Positions 1 through 8,443 of a stretch of 41,800 nt of DNA are shown in pieces. How positions within the stretch are numbered: position 1 is the stretch's first letter; each line of letters begins with the position of its first letter. The position numbers were made by a program, and so were the translations under genes. This stretch comes from Escherichia phage vB_EcoD_Teewinot. Location: the sequence record NC_073053.1; one strand, 5' to 3'. The notes under the pieces were generated by a model, which had not been told where the DNA came from, did no database searches, and saw only the letters and a program-made list of their open reading frames with translations.

Positions 1-31
1 CGGCAGCCAGTAATCCTCCCAGCCTGCCGAT

Positions 32-60
32 TTGGTGGGCTTTTTTGTGCCTGTTATAAT
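32..60 (+). promoter_or_regulatory. sigma70-like promoter upstream of the small terminase gene
   Basis: TTGGTG (32-37), 17-bp spacer, TATAAT (55-60), with TG at 52-53 (extended -10). The track ORF start at 32 is therefore probably an artefactual N-terminal extension. Confidence 0.4.
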
Positions 61-130
61 CCCACTTAGATGGCAGGGCCGTCTCCTATGTTGCCGATGG
101 TCGGCGCATATGAACAAAAGGGCTTATATC

Positions 131-682
131 ATGGCAGAAATCAAAGTTAAGGGCCGACGCGCCAAACTGGACGGACGAGTCGCAGTTACCCCGCGCCGTA
201 AACCAGGAGAGCAAACCGAGCACACCAATCTCGGACCTGAAATCGAGTACGGAAAGCGCCGCAAAGGCGGTAAATGCGGACGCCCTACGGACTACCGATC
301 CGTTTACTGTGACCAGCTTCGCCGCTATTTTGCCGACGCCGACGCCTGGCAGGTAAACTACTCCGATAAAGGCGCTGCGCAAGTAATCCCTCGCAACAAA
401 ATGCCAACCTTCGGTCGATTTGCCGCGGAAATCGGCGTGGGCGTAGCTTGCCTGTATCGCTGGGCGCGTGCGCATGAGGAGTTCGCCGAGGCGATGGCGG
501 ACGCTATGGAGTTGCAGAAAACTTTCCTGATGGAAGCCGGTGGTGTGACCATCGCGGCAGGCTTCGCTACATTCCTGCTTAAAGCGAACCACGGCGTCCG
601 CGACGATGTACCGCTGGATGACGACGAAGATGATAACGGCGACGTAGTTGTCGAACCTTCCGGCAAAGGCCAGGGTGAATAA
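131..682 (+). CDS. terS: terminase small subunit (putative)
   Basis: First gene of the structural block, ATG 131 (alternative ATG 109); stop overlaps the terL start at 682 (ATGA). Small protein with acidic C-terminus. Assigned by position and size, not by a recognised motif. Confidence 0.5.
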   Translation: MAEIKVKGRRAKLDGRVAVTPRRKPGEQTEHTNLGPEIEYGKRRKGGKCGRPTDYRSVYCDQLRRYFADADAWQVNYSDKGAAQVIPRNKMPTFGRFAAEIGVGVACLYRWARAHEEFAEAMADAMELQKTFLMEAGGVTIAAGFATFLLKANHGVRDDVPLDDDEDDNGDVVVEPSGKGQGE

Positions 683-2067
683 TGCGTAACTATGCGGCAG
701 AACACCGCGCCCTCGAACGGGCGATCGCAAAGCGAAATCGACCGCCGCGACCGACACGCGTTGCGCAGGCCGTCCGCCTGTATCAGCCTGATTGCTTGCC
801 GCACCAGGTTGAACTACTGCGCGACACAAAGACTAAAATCCTCGGCCTGTGTTCCGGCTTCGGCGGTGGAAAGTCGTGGGTCGCTGCGCGTAAGGTCATC
901 CAGCTTTTAACCCTGAACCCCGGTCATGACGGCATCGTTACAGAACCGACTATTCCCCTCCTGGTTAAGATCATGTATCCGGAACTGGAGAAGGCATTCG
1001 ACGAGGCAGGCTTCCGGTGGAAGTTCAATAAGCAGGACAAGATCTATAACGTGCTTGTGAAAGGCAAATGGACCCGCGTTATCTGTGAGTCGATGGAGAA
1101 CTACACCCGCCTTATCGGGGTTAACGCCGCGTGGATTGTTGCCGATGAATTCGATACCACGAAGCAAGACGTTGCGCTGGCGGCGTATCACAAATTGCTC
1201 GGTCGTCTGCGTGCAGGCTTTGTACGCCAGTTCGTCATAGTGTCCACCCCGGAAGGCTACCGGGCGATGTACCAGATTTTCGAGGTGGAGAAGGATAGCC
1301 AAAAGCGCCTGATCCGGGCGAAGACCACCGACAACCACCATTTACCGGCAGACTTTATCGACACGCTGCGCAGTCAGTACCCGGCTAACCTTATTGACGC
1401 GTACCTGAACGGCCTGTTTGTCAACCTTACATCGGGCGCGGTATACAAGATGTTTAATCGCGAGGAGAACGCCAGCACCGAAGAAGTACAACCGGAAGAC
1501 ACGCTGATTATCGGTATGGACTTTAACGTCACGAAAATGGCGGCGGTCGTGTATGTAAGACGGCAGCGTACCACCGAGAACAAGGAGTTCCGCGACGAGA
1601 TTCACGCCGTGGATGAATTCGTGGACCTGTTTGATACCCCGGCTATGATTGAAGCGATCGAGGAGCGCTACCCCGATCATTGCGCTGCCGGTCGTGTTGT
1701 CGTGTACCCGGATAGCAGCGGCAAATCCCGCAAAACGGTTAACGCTTCGTCGTCCGATATCGCGCAACTGGAAGATGCGGGCTTCGAGGTGGAATACGAC
1801 AGCGTTAACCCGCCTGTGAAAGACCGATTGATCGCGATGAATACGATGATGTGCAACTCGAAGGGCGTGCGCCAGTATTTTGTCAACCTGGATAAATGCC
1901 CTACACTAGCGAAATGTCTGGAACAGCAGGTTTACGACCTGAAGAAAGGCGAGCCGGATAAAACCGCCGGTGTGGACCACATGAACGATGCCGCGGGTTA
2001 TCCAATTGCGCACCTGTTCCCTGTGATTCGTCCAATCGCCGTTGTTCCTACCGTAGATTTCTACTAA
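682..2067 (+). CDS. terL: terminase large subunit
   Basis: 461 aa; P-loop-like GLCSGFGGGKSW followed by acidic IVADEFD (Walker A/B-like); position directly before the portal gene. Confidence 0.85.
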   Translation: MRNYAAEHRALERAIAKRNRPPRPTRVAQAVRLYQPDCLPHQVELLRDTKTKILGLCSGFGGGKSWVAARKVIQLLTLNPGHDGIVTEPTIPLLVKIMYPELEKAFDEAGFRWKFNKQDKIYNVLVKGKWTRVICESMENYTRLIGVNAAWIVADEFDTTKQDVALAAYHKLLGRLRAGFVRQFVIVSTPEGYRAMYQIFEVEKDSQKRLIRAKTTDNHHLPADFIDTLRSQYPANLIDAYLNGLFVNLTSGAVYKMFNREENASTEEVQPEDTLIIGMDFNVTKMAAVVYVRRQRTTENKEFRDEIHAVDEFVDLFDTPAMIEAIEERYPDHCAAGRVVVYPDSSGKSRKTVNASSSDIAQLEDAGFEVEYDSVNPPVKDRLIAMNTMMCNSKGVRQYFVNLDKCPTLAKCLEQQVYDLKKGEPDKTAGVDHMNDAAGYPIAHLFPVIRPIAVVPTVDFY

Positions 2068-2078
2068 GGAAACCGACC

Positions 2079-3599
2079 ATGACCGTTAACGTTGACAACC
2101 AGCACCCGCTCTATGCGCGCATCGCGCCAGAGTGGAAAATGATCCGTGACTGCGTAGCAGGGGAGCGCGCCGTGAAGGCGTGCGGCCCATTGTACCTGCC
2201 TCATCCCGCCAGTGGCGACAATACTGACCCGAAAGCACGGGCGCGGTATAAGGCGTACAAGCAACGCGCTGTATTCCTGAACGCCACCGCCCGCACACTT
2301 AACGCGCTGTTAGGCGTTGCCTTTGCTAAACCGGTAAGTCTGGACCTTTCCGGGGCGATGGCTGACCTGATTGACGACGTAGACGGCAGCGGTATGCCTC
2401 TGCCGCAACTCCTGCGCGGTGCTATGGCGGAAGTGCTGCAATCAGGACGTGCGGGCTTTATGGTGGACTACGACCGCCAGGCTAACTTTGATGAGCTGGG
2501 TAACGTAGTTCCGCAGACAGCCGCCGAGATGGCGTCACACCGCCCGCTTATACGCCTGTACACGGCAGAACAGATCATCAACTGGCGGCAGACCCACGGC
2601 GTCGATACGCTAATTGTGCTGAAGGAAACGGACGAAATCAGCACCGAAGACCCGGACGACTTCGCAAACCACGAAGTAACAATCTGGACCGAGCTTCGCA
2701 TGATTAATGGTGCGGCACACGCCCGCCGCTGGTACTACAACGCGGACACGTCCGAGGTGCAAATGGATTTGCCGCGTGGATTCACCCGCACCGACCTGGT
2801 GCCGCTGGTGGATGCCTCCGGTAATGCGCTTACACAACTTCCGTTTTGCTGGTGTGGTGCGGTGGACAACAACGCAACGCCTGACGCCGCTCCGCTGGCG
2901 GATATCGCGTCCATCAACATTAAGCACTACAACGCCGAAGCGGACGTCGCCGAGATTGCGCACATCGTGGGCCAACCTACCCTCGTTGCGACGGGCTTGA
3001 CCCAATCATGGGCTGACAAGAACCTGAAGGGCGGCATTGCCCTCGGTGCGACTAAGGGCGTTATCCTGGGCCAGAACATGGACGCTAAACTGATTCAGGC
3101 CGAGGAGCGCAACTTGTCTGTTGCGCTGTGTGAGCGTCGCGAATTGCAAATGGCTAAACTTGGCGCGGCCCTTGTCGAGAAGGGGACCGCACCTAAGACG
3201 GCAACCGAGGCGGCCTACGATGCGCAGACTGATAACAGTATCCTGTCGCTTATCGCCGGTAACGTTGAGACGGCTTTCAACCGTGCGCTGCAAATCGTCC
3301 AGCTATTCACGGGCGACACCGCCGACCAGCGTGTGACGCTGAATAAGTTCTACACCGAAATCACGGTTGATGCTCAGCTTATGACCGCGATGATGTCGGG
3401 GGTGCAGACTGGTACGGTCCGCCTGGCTGACTTCATCAAGTGGATGATGGCGCAGGGCGTCATAGACGACTCGCAAACCGTCGAGCAGGTGGAAGACGAA
3501 TTGCGAAATCAGAATCCATTGCCTCAAATGTCCCCTGATGCGGTAGAATCTACCGAAGAAGACCCGGACAAGGTAGCGGACAATGGCGAAGACAGTTAA
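2079..3599 (+). CDS. portal protein
   Basis: 506 aa ORF immediately after terL with acidic C-terminal tail; conserved gene order terminase-portal-head morphogenesis. Confidence 0.7.
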   Translation: MTVNVDNQHPLYARIAPEWKMIRDCVAGERAVKACGPLYLPHPASGDNTDPKARARYKAYKQRAVFLNATARTLNALLGVAFAKPVSLDLSGAMADLIDDVDGSGMPLPQLLRGAMAEVLQSGRAGFMVDYDRQANFDELGNVVPQTAAEMASHRPLIRLYTAEQIINWRQTHGVDTLIVLKETDEISTEDPDDFANHEVTIWTELRMINGAAHARRWYYNADTSEVQMDLPRGFTRTDLVPLVDASGNALTQLPFCWCGAVDNNATPDAAPLADIASINIKHYNAEADVAEIAHIVGQPTLVATGLTQSWADKNLKGGIALGATKGVILGQNMDAKLIQAEERNLSVALCERRELQMAKLGAALVEKGTAPKTATEAAYDAQTDNSILSLIAGNVETAFNRALQIVQLFTGDTADQRVTLNKFYTEITVDAQLMTAMMSGVQTGTVRLADFIKWMMAQGVIDDSQTVEQVEDELRNQNPLPQMSPDAVESTEEDPDKVADNGEDS

Positions 3600-4686
3600 T
3601 CAATATTTGGCGGATCGAATGATTCGCCGTCACATCTTCACCCAGCGCCTGAGCAATGATCAGGCGCGGAGGGTGCTGGCTATGTGGGAGAAGTTCCGGC
3701 CCACTTTACTTGGTAAGCTGACCGAGTTACTTGATGGCAAAAAGTCCATGAGCAACAAGGCACTTACCACACTGTTAACGCAACTCGACAAGACCGTCAA
3801 AACGGAACTGCGCGCCGAGTTTAAAGTGCTGGCGGAGAGCCTTCAGGAGTTCGCCGACACCGAGGCTGATTATCTCGCGGACACACTAACGGCAGCGATC
3901 CAGCCCGCTGTCGCCGTACCCGCTGTTGAAGTAGTTGGCGTTGTTACCGGCGCGCAGATTGCAGCGACGGCAATGAAAAACCCGTTCCAGGGTAATACTA
4001 TGATGCAATGGCCTGATTCCCTTTCCGAGTGGACCAGGACGCAGATCGGTAATCAGGTGCGCGCTGGCTTCATCCAGGGCAAGCCAACGATGGAAATTAT
4101 CGCGGACGTGAGGCGCGCGCTAGGCGGTCGTAGTGCGCAAGCCATCTCAAGCGTTGTTAAGTCCGCAGTAAACCACTATGCGGCGACTGCCCGCGAACTA
4201 ATGGTAAAAGCAAATGACGATATTCTCGAAGGTCGCCAATGGTTATCTACATTGGACACACATACTTCTCCCATGTGCCAGCTACGCGATCGCCTGTTTT
4301 ATCCGGTTGATGTTACTCCCGACACCAAAGGAAAGCGCGGCGGGAAAGTGGTGGCGGGGTCACAGTATGGCGCTGGCCCAGGCAAGCTGCATTATTGCTG
4401 CCGGTCAACGGAGACGTGGAAAGTCAAAGGCATGGAAGATTGGCCCAGTGGTAAGCGTCCGGCCCTGAAGGCTGACGCGGGTCGGTTGCTGAGTGAGCAG
4501 GTCGACGCGCAGACTGATTTCTTCTCCTGGGTGCAGCGCCAGCCGCGCCACATCCTGGAGGAATTATATGGGGTGCAGCGCGCGGACCAGATTATGCGCG
4601 GCGTGAAAGTGCCGAAGATGTTCACTGATACCGGCGAACTAATGACTGTTGCACAGCTTAAAAACCGGGGGTTATGGCGTGATTAA
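3583..4686 (+). CDS. head morphogenesis / minor head protein
   Basis: 367 aa ORF overlapping the portal stop; position typical of SPP1 gp7/Mu F-like head morphogenesis proteins. Confidence 0.55.
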   Translation: MAKTVNQYLADRMIRRHIFTQRLSNDQARRVLAMWEKFRPTLLGKLTELLDGKKSMSNKALTTLLTQLDKTVKTELRAEFKVLAESLQEFADTEADYLADTLTAAIQPAVAVPAVEVVGVVTGAQIAATAMKNPFQGNTMMQWPDSLSEWTRTQIGNQVRAGFIQGKPTMEIIADVRRALGGRSAQAISSVVKSAVNHYAATARELMVKANDDILEGRQWLSTLDTHTSPMCQLRDRLFYPVDVTPDTKGKRGGKVVAGSQYGAGPGKLHYCCRSTETWKVKGMEDWPSGKRPALKADAGRLLSEQVDAQTDFFSWVQRQPRHILEELYGVQRADQIMRGVKVPKMFTDTGELMTVAQLKNRGLWRD

Positions 4687-5008
4687 ATATGCAGCGATCG
4701 GGGTGGTTATCGGCCTGGCGGTTGGCTTCTGGCTGGGTGATTCCTACCGCGCTGGCGTTGTGGCGAGCGCGGCGCAAGAAGCGCAAGCGAAAGCCCGACG
4801 GCAGCAAACTAAGGTTGTCGAGGGGGCAGTGCAGGCAGAACAGGCCCGCGACGTAGAATACCGGACTATCACGAAAGAGGTTGTAAAATATGTTACGCGT
4901 CCTAACCGTCCTGATTGTAGTTTTGATGCTGAGCGCGTGCGGATCAAGCAACGTGCCGTTGATGCCGCTAACGGAGTCGGCACTGCGACCGCCGTGCAAG
5001 TTCGATAA
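4679..5008 (+). CDS. i-spanin (Rz-like), putative
   Basis: N-terminal TM helix (IKYAAIGVVIGLAVGFWLG) followed by A/Q/E/K/R-rich helical region. GTG 4679 preceded by GGGGGT; the track gives a TTG start at 4649. A lipoprotein ORF is embedded in the +1 frame over its 3' end. Confidence 0.5.
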   Translation: MIKYAAIGVVIGLAVGFWLGDSYRAGVVASAAQEAQAKARRQQTKVVEGAVQAEQARDVEYRTITKEVVKYVTRPNRPDCSFDAERVRIKQRAVDAANGVGTATAVQVR

Positions 5009-5120
5009 CCCGTCCGCGGACCCCGACGAAGATTTGATGATTGACGTGAAAAATATGGAATGCGGCGCGAAGCTAAGGGCGCAAGTGCTGGAGTTGCAGA
5101 AAATAATTCGGGGGCCGTGA
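4890..5120 (+). CDS. o-spanin (Rz1-like outer-membrane lipoprotein), putative
   Basis: Signal peptide with lipobox (VLMLSAC-GSS), proline-containing mature part with a Cys; embedded out of frame in the 3' end of the preceding TM protein gene; stop codon sits in the loop of a terminator. Confidence 0.55.
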   Translation: MLRVLTVLIVVLMLSACGSSNVPLMPLTESALRPPCKFDNPSADPDEDLMIDVKNMECGAKLRAQVLELQKIIRGP

Positions 5121-5134
5121 TGGCCCCTTTTGTT
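5111..5134 (+). terminator. rho-independent terminator
   Basis: GGGGCC-gtgat-GGCCCC followed by TTTTGTT. Confidence 0.6.
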
Positions 5135-5250
5135 AGCGTGGAATACCGCAGATTTCGAGAGTCCATCATGATTGATTTGGCTTCGGTCGCTATTTCGTGG
5201 TCGCGCAGGATGTTAGCCAGAATCTGGTTTTTAATGTCTTTCGTCAGTCT

Positions 5251-5311
5251 CATTAGTGTGTCCTCGTTGTTGGTGTGCAACCAATATATGCAACCAATAC
5301 GAGGATTGCAA
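5251..5311 (-). promoter_or_regulatory. leftward promoter-RBS-ATG cassette (duplicate of the cassette at 38308-38369)
   Basis: On the minus strand: -35 TTGCAA (5311-5306), 17-bp spacer, -10 TATATT (5288-5283), two ATTGGTTGCA copies, GAGGA RBS (5265-5261), ATG (5253-5251). The 28-nt stretch TATATTGGTTGCACACCAACAA(C)GAGGAC is shared with the promoter of the gene at 38367. Confidence 0.45.
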
Positions 5312-5318
5312 GCGAATT

Positions 5319-5346
5319 TTGCGATTATTTTTATCGCTGATAATAT
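5319..5346 (+). promoter_or_regulatory. sigma70-like promoter for the scaffold/capsid genes
   Basis: TTGCGA (5319-5324), 16-bp spacer, TAATAT (5341-5346). Confidence 0.3.
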
Positions 5347-5401
5347 TAGAAGCGTGAAGTCGAGCGGGTGGCCTGCTCTGCCACAATCCCAGGGGGATAG
5401 C

Positions 5402-6106
5402 ATGAAACTTACTAAAGCAGAATATGACGCGTTGCCGGAAGGTATGAAGGCGCTTTTTGTTGCCGATGGCGACGGGTATAAATCAACTTTCATGACCGCA
5501 GAAGAAGTACAGGCGGAAATCAAGGGTCTGAAAGAAAACAACGCGAAGCTGGTGAGCGAGAAGAAAGCAGAAGCCGAACGCCGCGCCGAAGCTGAGCGCC
5601 TTGCGAAAGAGAAAGAGGAAGCCGCCGCGCGCAAAAATGGCGACCTCGAAGCGATCGATAAGTCCTGGAAGGATAAGTTTGCGAAACACGAAGCAGATAC
5701 ATCGGGAAAAATCGAAGCCTACCGCAAGCAGATCCACGACCTAACCATCGGCAGCGCTGCCAAAGACCTGGCATCGAAGCTATTCGGTAAGAATGCGGGC
5801 ATCATGCAACGCCACGTAATGGACCGCCTGACGCTGGAAGACGGCGAAGATGGCAGCTTGAAAGTGCGTGTCTTGCAGGATGGCAAACCGTCCGCGCTGA
5901 CTATGGAAGAGCTTGAAAAAGAGTTCCGTAATAACGCCGATTTTGCATCCGTCCTGGCTGGCACGCCAGCCGGTGGCGCGCCTAGCAAACCGACGCAGGT
6001 TGTCGAAGATGTGAAGTCGAAAATCACTATGGGCCACAGCTTCGGTATCACTGACCTTACGAAACAGGCAGGTGAAATCATCGCTAAGATGGGCGACGAC
6101 GAGTAA
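5402..6106 (+). CDS. scaffolding protein (putative)
   Basis: ATG 5402 preceded by AGGGGGA; 234 aa, charged and helical (KEKEEAAARK-type coiled coil), immediately upstream of the major capsid gene. The track ORF start at 5060 is an upstream extension through the intergenic region. Confidence 0.6.
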   Translation: MKLTKAEYDALPEGMKALFVADGDGYKSTFMTAEEVQAEIKGLKENNAKLVSEKKAEAERRAEAERLAKEKEEAAARKNGDLEAIDKSWKDKFAKHEADTSGKIEAYRKQIHDLTIGSAAKDLASKLFGKNAGIMQRHVMDRLTLEDGEDGSLKVRVLQDGKPSALTMEELEKEFRNNADFASVLAGTPAGGAPSKPTQVVEDVKSKITMGHSFGITDLTKQAGEIIAKMGDDE

Positions 6107-6110
6107 GCAG

Positions 6111-6136
6111 ATTGCCCGCGAAAGCGGGCAATTTTG
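6111..6136 (+). terminator. terminator/attenuator between scaffold and capsid genes
   Basis: ATTGCCCGC-gaaa-GCGGGCAAT followed by TTTT. Confidence 0.45.
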
Positions 6137-6203
6137 CGAGCGCGTAAATCTAAGGTAACATTAACGTCACTGGGCGAATGCTCACAACTCAAAGGATTTC
6201 GAT

Positions 6204-7304
6204 ATGACTTTAACAGTGTTCCAGCGTAAACTCGTTACCGCGGTTACGCAAATGATCCCCGACAACCTGAACGTTTTCAACGCCGCCGCCAATGGCGCTG
6301 TTGTTCTCGGTACTGGTGAAGTGCTGAAGGATGTTATTGAGAAAATGTCCGTAGGCTTGATCGCCAACCTCGTTACCGACCGTAACGCCTACGCCCCTGT
6401 CGGTACTCCGGCAACCGCTAAAGTGCTGGCGCGTATGCTGACCAACTCCGTTAACCTATCCGCGAAAGTGGGTCCGGTAGCGATCACTAAGGCTATGATG
6501 GCTAAGATCGAAACCAACGTTAACAGCGTTGCGGCTGAGATTGCGGCGCAGGCCACTCAAGCGATTATGCTGCACTACCTGAAAGCGGGTATCGGTGCGG
6601 GTAAAGCGGCGATCGAAAGCAACGAAGCGGCAAAATACACCCAACCGGCGCGCGTTGACGGCGTTGGCGGTCGTACCTTCCCGACCCTGGCAGACTTCCC
6701 GCTGGCGGCTTCTAAGTTCGGCGATCAGGCGTCTTTGATTAAGTCCTGGTTTATGGACGGCGTTACCTGGGCAAACTTCATCGCGTACCAGGCACTCCCT
6801 TCCGCTGAACAGGTATTCGCAATTGGCGATCTCCAGGTAATGGGTGATGGCCTGGGCCGTCGTTTCATTATCTCCGATGCCGCTGCCGATGCTATGGGCA
6901 CGGGTAACATGCTGGGTCTGGTCCCTGGCGCGGTTGCCGTTACCACCAACGGCCTCGATATGCTGGCGCAGGAGAAAGGCGGTAACGAGAACATCGAACG
7001 CTGGTGGCAGGGTGAGTTCGACTTCAACGTGGCTGTTAAAGGCTACCGTCTGAAGGCGTCCGCTCGTACCCCGATCGAAGGTGTGCGCTCGTTCAAACTG
7101 GACGATATTACCACTTCCGCTAACTGGGAATTGGATCAGGGCCAGGTAGACAACGCACCGGCAACCGTTCAGGATGTTGGCGCGGTGGGTGATGTCGATA
7201 CTAAAGGTCGTCGTAAGACCCAGGCCGCACAGGCAGTGCCTACCCGTCACATCAAGGAAACCGCTGGCGTACTGGTTACGCTGACGGCGACCACAGCGTC
7301 TTAA
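6204..7304 (+). CDS. major capsid protein
   Basis: 366 aa ORF after the scaffold gene with AAGGA RBS, followed by a strong terminator; position and size typical of an HK97-fold capsid protein. Confidence 0.8.
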   Translation: MTLTVFQRKLVTAVTQMIPDNLNVFNAAANGAVVLGTGEVLKDVIEKMSVGLIANLVTDRNAYAPVGTPATAKVLARMLTNSVNLSAKVGPVAITKAMMAKIETNVNSVAAEIAAQATQAIMLHYLKAGIGAGKAAIESNEAAKYTQPARVDGVGGRTFPTLADFPLAASKFGDQASLIKSWFMDGVTWANFIAYQALPSAEQVFAIGDLQVMGDGLGRRFIISDAAADAMGTGNMLGLVPGAVAVTTNGLDMLAQEKGGNENIERWWQGEFDFNVAVKGYRLKASARTPIEGVRSFKLDDITTSANWELDQGQVDNAPATVQDVGAVGDVDTKGRRKTQAAQAVPTRHIKETAGVLVTLTATTAS

Positions 7305-7322
7305 TCGACGCACATCCCAAAT

Positions 7323-7349
7323 GGGCGGGCTTATGCCCGCCTTTTTTTA
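7323..7349 (+). terminator. rho-independent terminator after the capsid gene
   Basis: GGGCGGGC-ttat-GCCCGCC followed by TTTTTTT. Confidence 0.7.
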
Positions 7350-7363
7350 TAGGAGTGAATAAG

Positions 7364-7864
7364 ATGTATGGCGACCCGCAAACCTTTGTTGTTTATGCCG
7401 CTGCGCGAGGCGTTGAAATTACGCAGAGCGACGCAACGCGACACCTTACCATTGTTAATGACTTCCTTAACGGCATCGACTGGATCGGCGAACAAGCGGA
7501 CCCGACCGGAATTGACGCATGGCCCCGCGTCAACTACCCGTCAGACGGTAAGCCGGTGCAAAACACGCTTACTGAAGATTTGGCAGTAGTTCCCGCTGGG
7601 CAGATTGTAGACTTCGCGTCAATCCCTGTTGCCGTTGAGCAAGCCGTTTACCGGCTGGCTATGCTGGTGGCGGACGATGTTGATATTTCTCCGATCGGGG
7701 ACGGTAAGGAGACTATCCGCGAAACTGTAGGCCCGATCACGATGGAGTATGACCCCGCGACGATTGGTAGCGGGGTGTCGTTCCCGTGGTGGGATGGCTT
7801 GTTAGGCCACTGGGTTGATTCAGGCGGCAACGCCGCAGGCAATTTCGACGTATTCAGGGGGTAA
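7364..7864 (+). CDS. hypothetical head/connector protein
   Basis: ATG 7364 preceded by AGGAG (7351-7355); 166 aa; lies between capsid and tail genes. Confidence 0.5.
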   Translation: MYGDPQTFVVYAAARGVEITQSDATRHLTIVNDFLNGIDWIGEQADPTGIDAWPRVNYPSDGKPVQNTLTEDLAVVPAGQIVDFASIPVAVEQAVYRLAMLVADDVDISPIGDGKETIRETVGPITMEYDPATIGSGVSFPWWDGLLGHWVDSGGNAAGNFDVFRG

Positions 7865-7865
7865 T

Positions 7866-8084
7866 ATGAATCCTGCATTACTCGCGGCTATTATCGCCGC
7901 AAATACTAAACGCCGACAGGAACCGGAACCACCGGTACCAGCGCCAGAACCGGAACCACCGGTACCAGCGCCAGAACCGGAACCACCGGTACCAGCGCCA
8001 GAACCGGAACCACCGGTACCAGCGCCAGAACCGGAACCACCGGAACCAGCGCCAGAACCGGAACCACCGGTACAGGAGGGCTAA
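7866..8084 (+). CDS. small proline/glutamate repeat protein
   Basis: ATG 7866 preceded by AGGGGG; 72 aa, N-terminal hydrophobic segment followed by about five copies of PEPEPPVPA encoded by a 27-bp tandem DNA repeat. Confidence 0.5.
   Translation: MNPALLAAIIAANTKRRQEPEPPVPAPEPEPPVPAPEPEPPVPAPEPEPPVPAPEPEPPEPAPEPEPPVQEG
7920..8076 (+). repeat. 27-bp tandem repeat (about 5.8 copies) inside a coding region
   Basis: Unit GAACCGGAACCACCGGTACCAGCGCCA repeated head-to-tail from 7920; four exact copies, a fifth with one substitution, and a partial sixth. Confidence 0.85.
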
Positions 8085-8088
8085 GAAG

Positions 8089-8442
8089 ATGGCGGGCTTT
8101 AATTACGCAGGATTAAAGCGGAAAGTGAATCCGCTGATTAAAAAATTCGGCATGACCGTTACGGTTACGCGTCCGGGGTCGGTTGACCGTGTAGACGGCG
8201 AAGAAGTGGTCATCCCACCGACCTCGTTTGACGTCATCGGTCTTCGCGAGGAGTACAAGCCGAGCGAGATCGACGGAACGCGTATCGTTGCCGGTGATGT
8301 GAAGTTTTTATGTCGGGCGGTTGAGCAATTGCGGGTGGGCGACCTGGTTAACCTGAACGGTGCTGACTACCGTGTCGTCAATCCTAACCCACTGCAACCG
8401 GCTGGCACTACCATGCTGTTTCAACTACAGCTAAGGGGCTAA
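8089..8442 (+). CDS. hypothetical head-tail connector protein
   Basis: 117 aa ORF with AAGAAG upstream, in the connector region between head and tail genes. Confidence 0.45.
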   Translation: MAGFNYAGLKRKVNPLIKKFGMTVTVTRPGSVDRVDGEEVVIPPTSFDVIGLREEYKPSEIDGTRIVAGDVKFLCRAVEQLRVGDLVNLNGADYRVVNPNPLQPAGTTMLFQLQLRG

Positions 8443-8443
8443 C

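Noticed and set aside
32-130. N-terminal extension of the small terminase ORF from the track start at 32
   Set aside because: The extension contains a near-consensus promoter (TTGGTG-17-TATAAT); the gene more likely starts at ATG 131 or 109.
5060-5401. Upstream part of the track ORF 5060-6106
   Set aside because: It overlaps the o-spanin, a terminator and promoters; the scaffold gene has a proper RBS and ATG at 5402.
4744-5634. Track ORF of 296 aa on the minus strand, antisense to the spanin and scaffold genes
   Set aside because: As a full-length protein it is mostly antisense junk and overlaps three well-supported plus-strand genes. Only its segment from the ATG at 5253 is kept, as a possible antisense transcript (see findings).
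6456-7313. Long minus-strand track ORFs antisense to the capsid, J-like, tape measure and terminase genes (for example 6456-7313, 18938-20032, 12813-13223, 86-829)
   Set aside because: Each lies fully inside a well-supported plus-strand gene, lacks an RBS and has the R/S/A/C-rich composition of antisense reading frames in GC-rich coding DNA.
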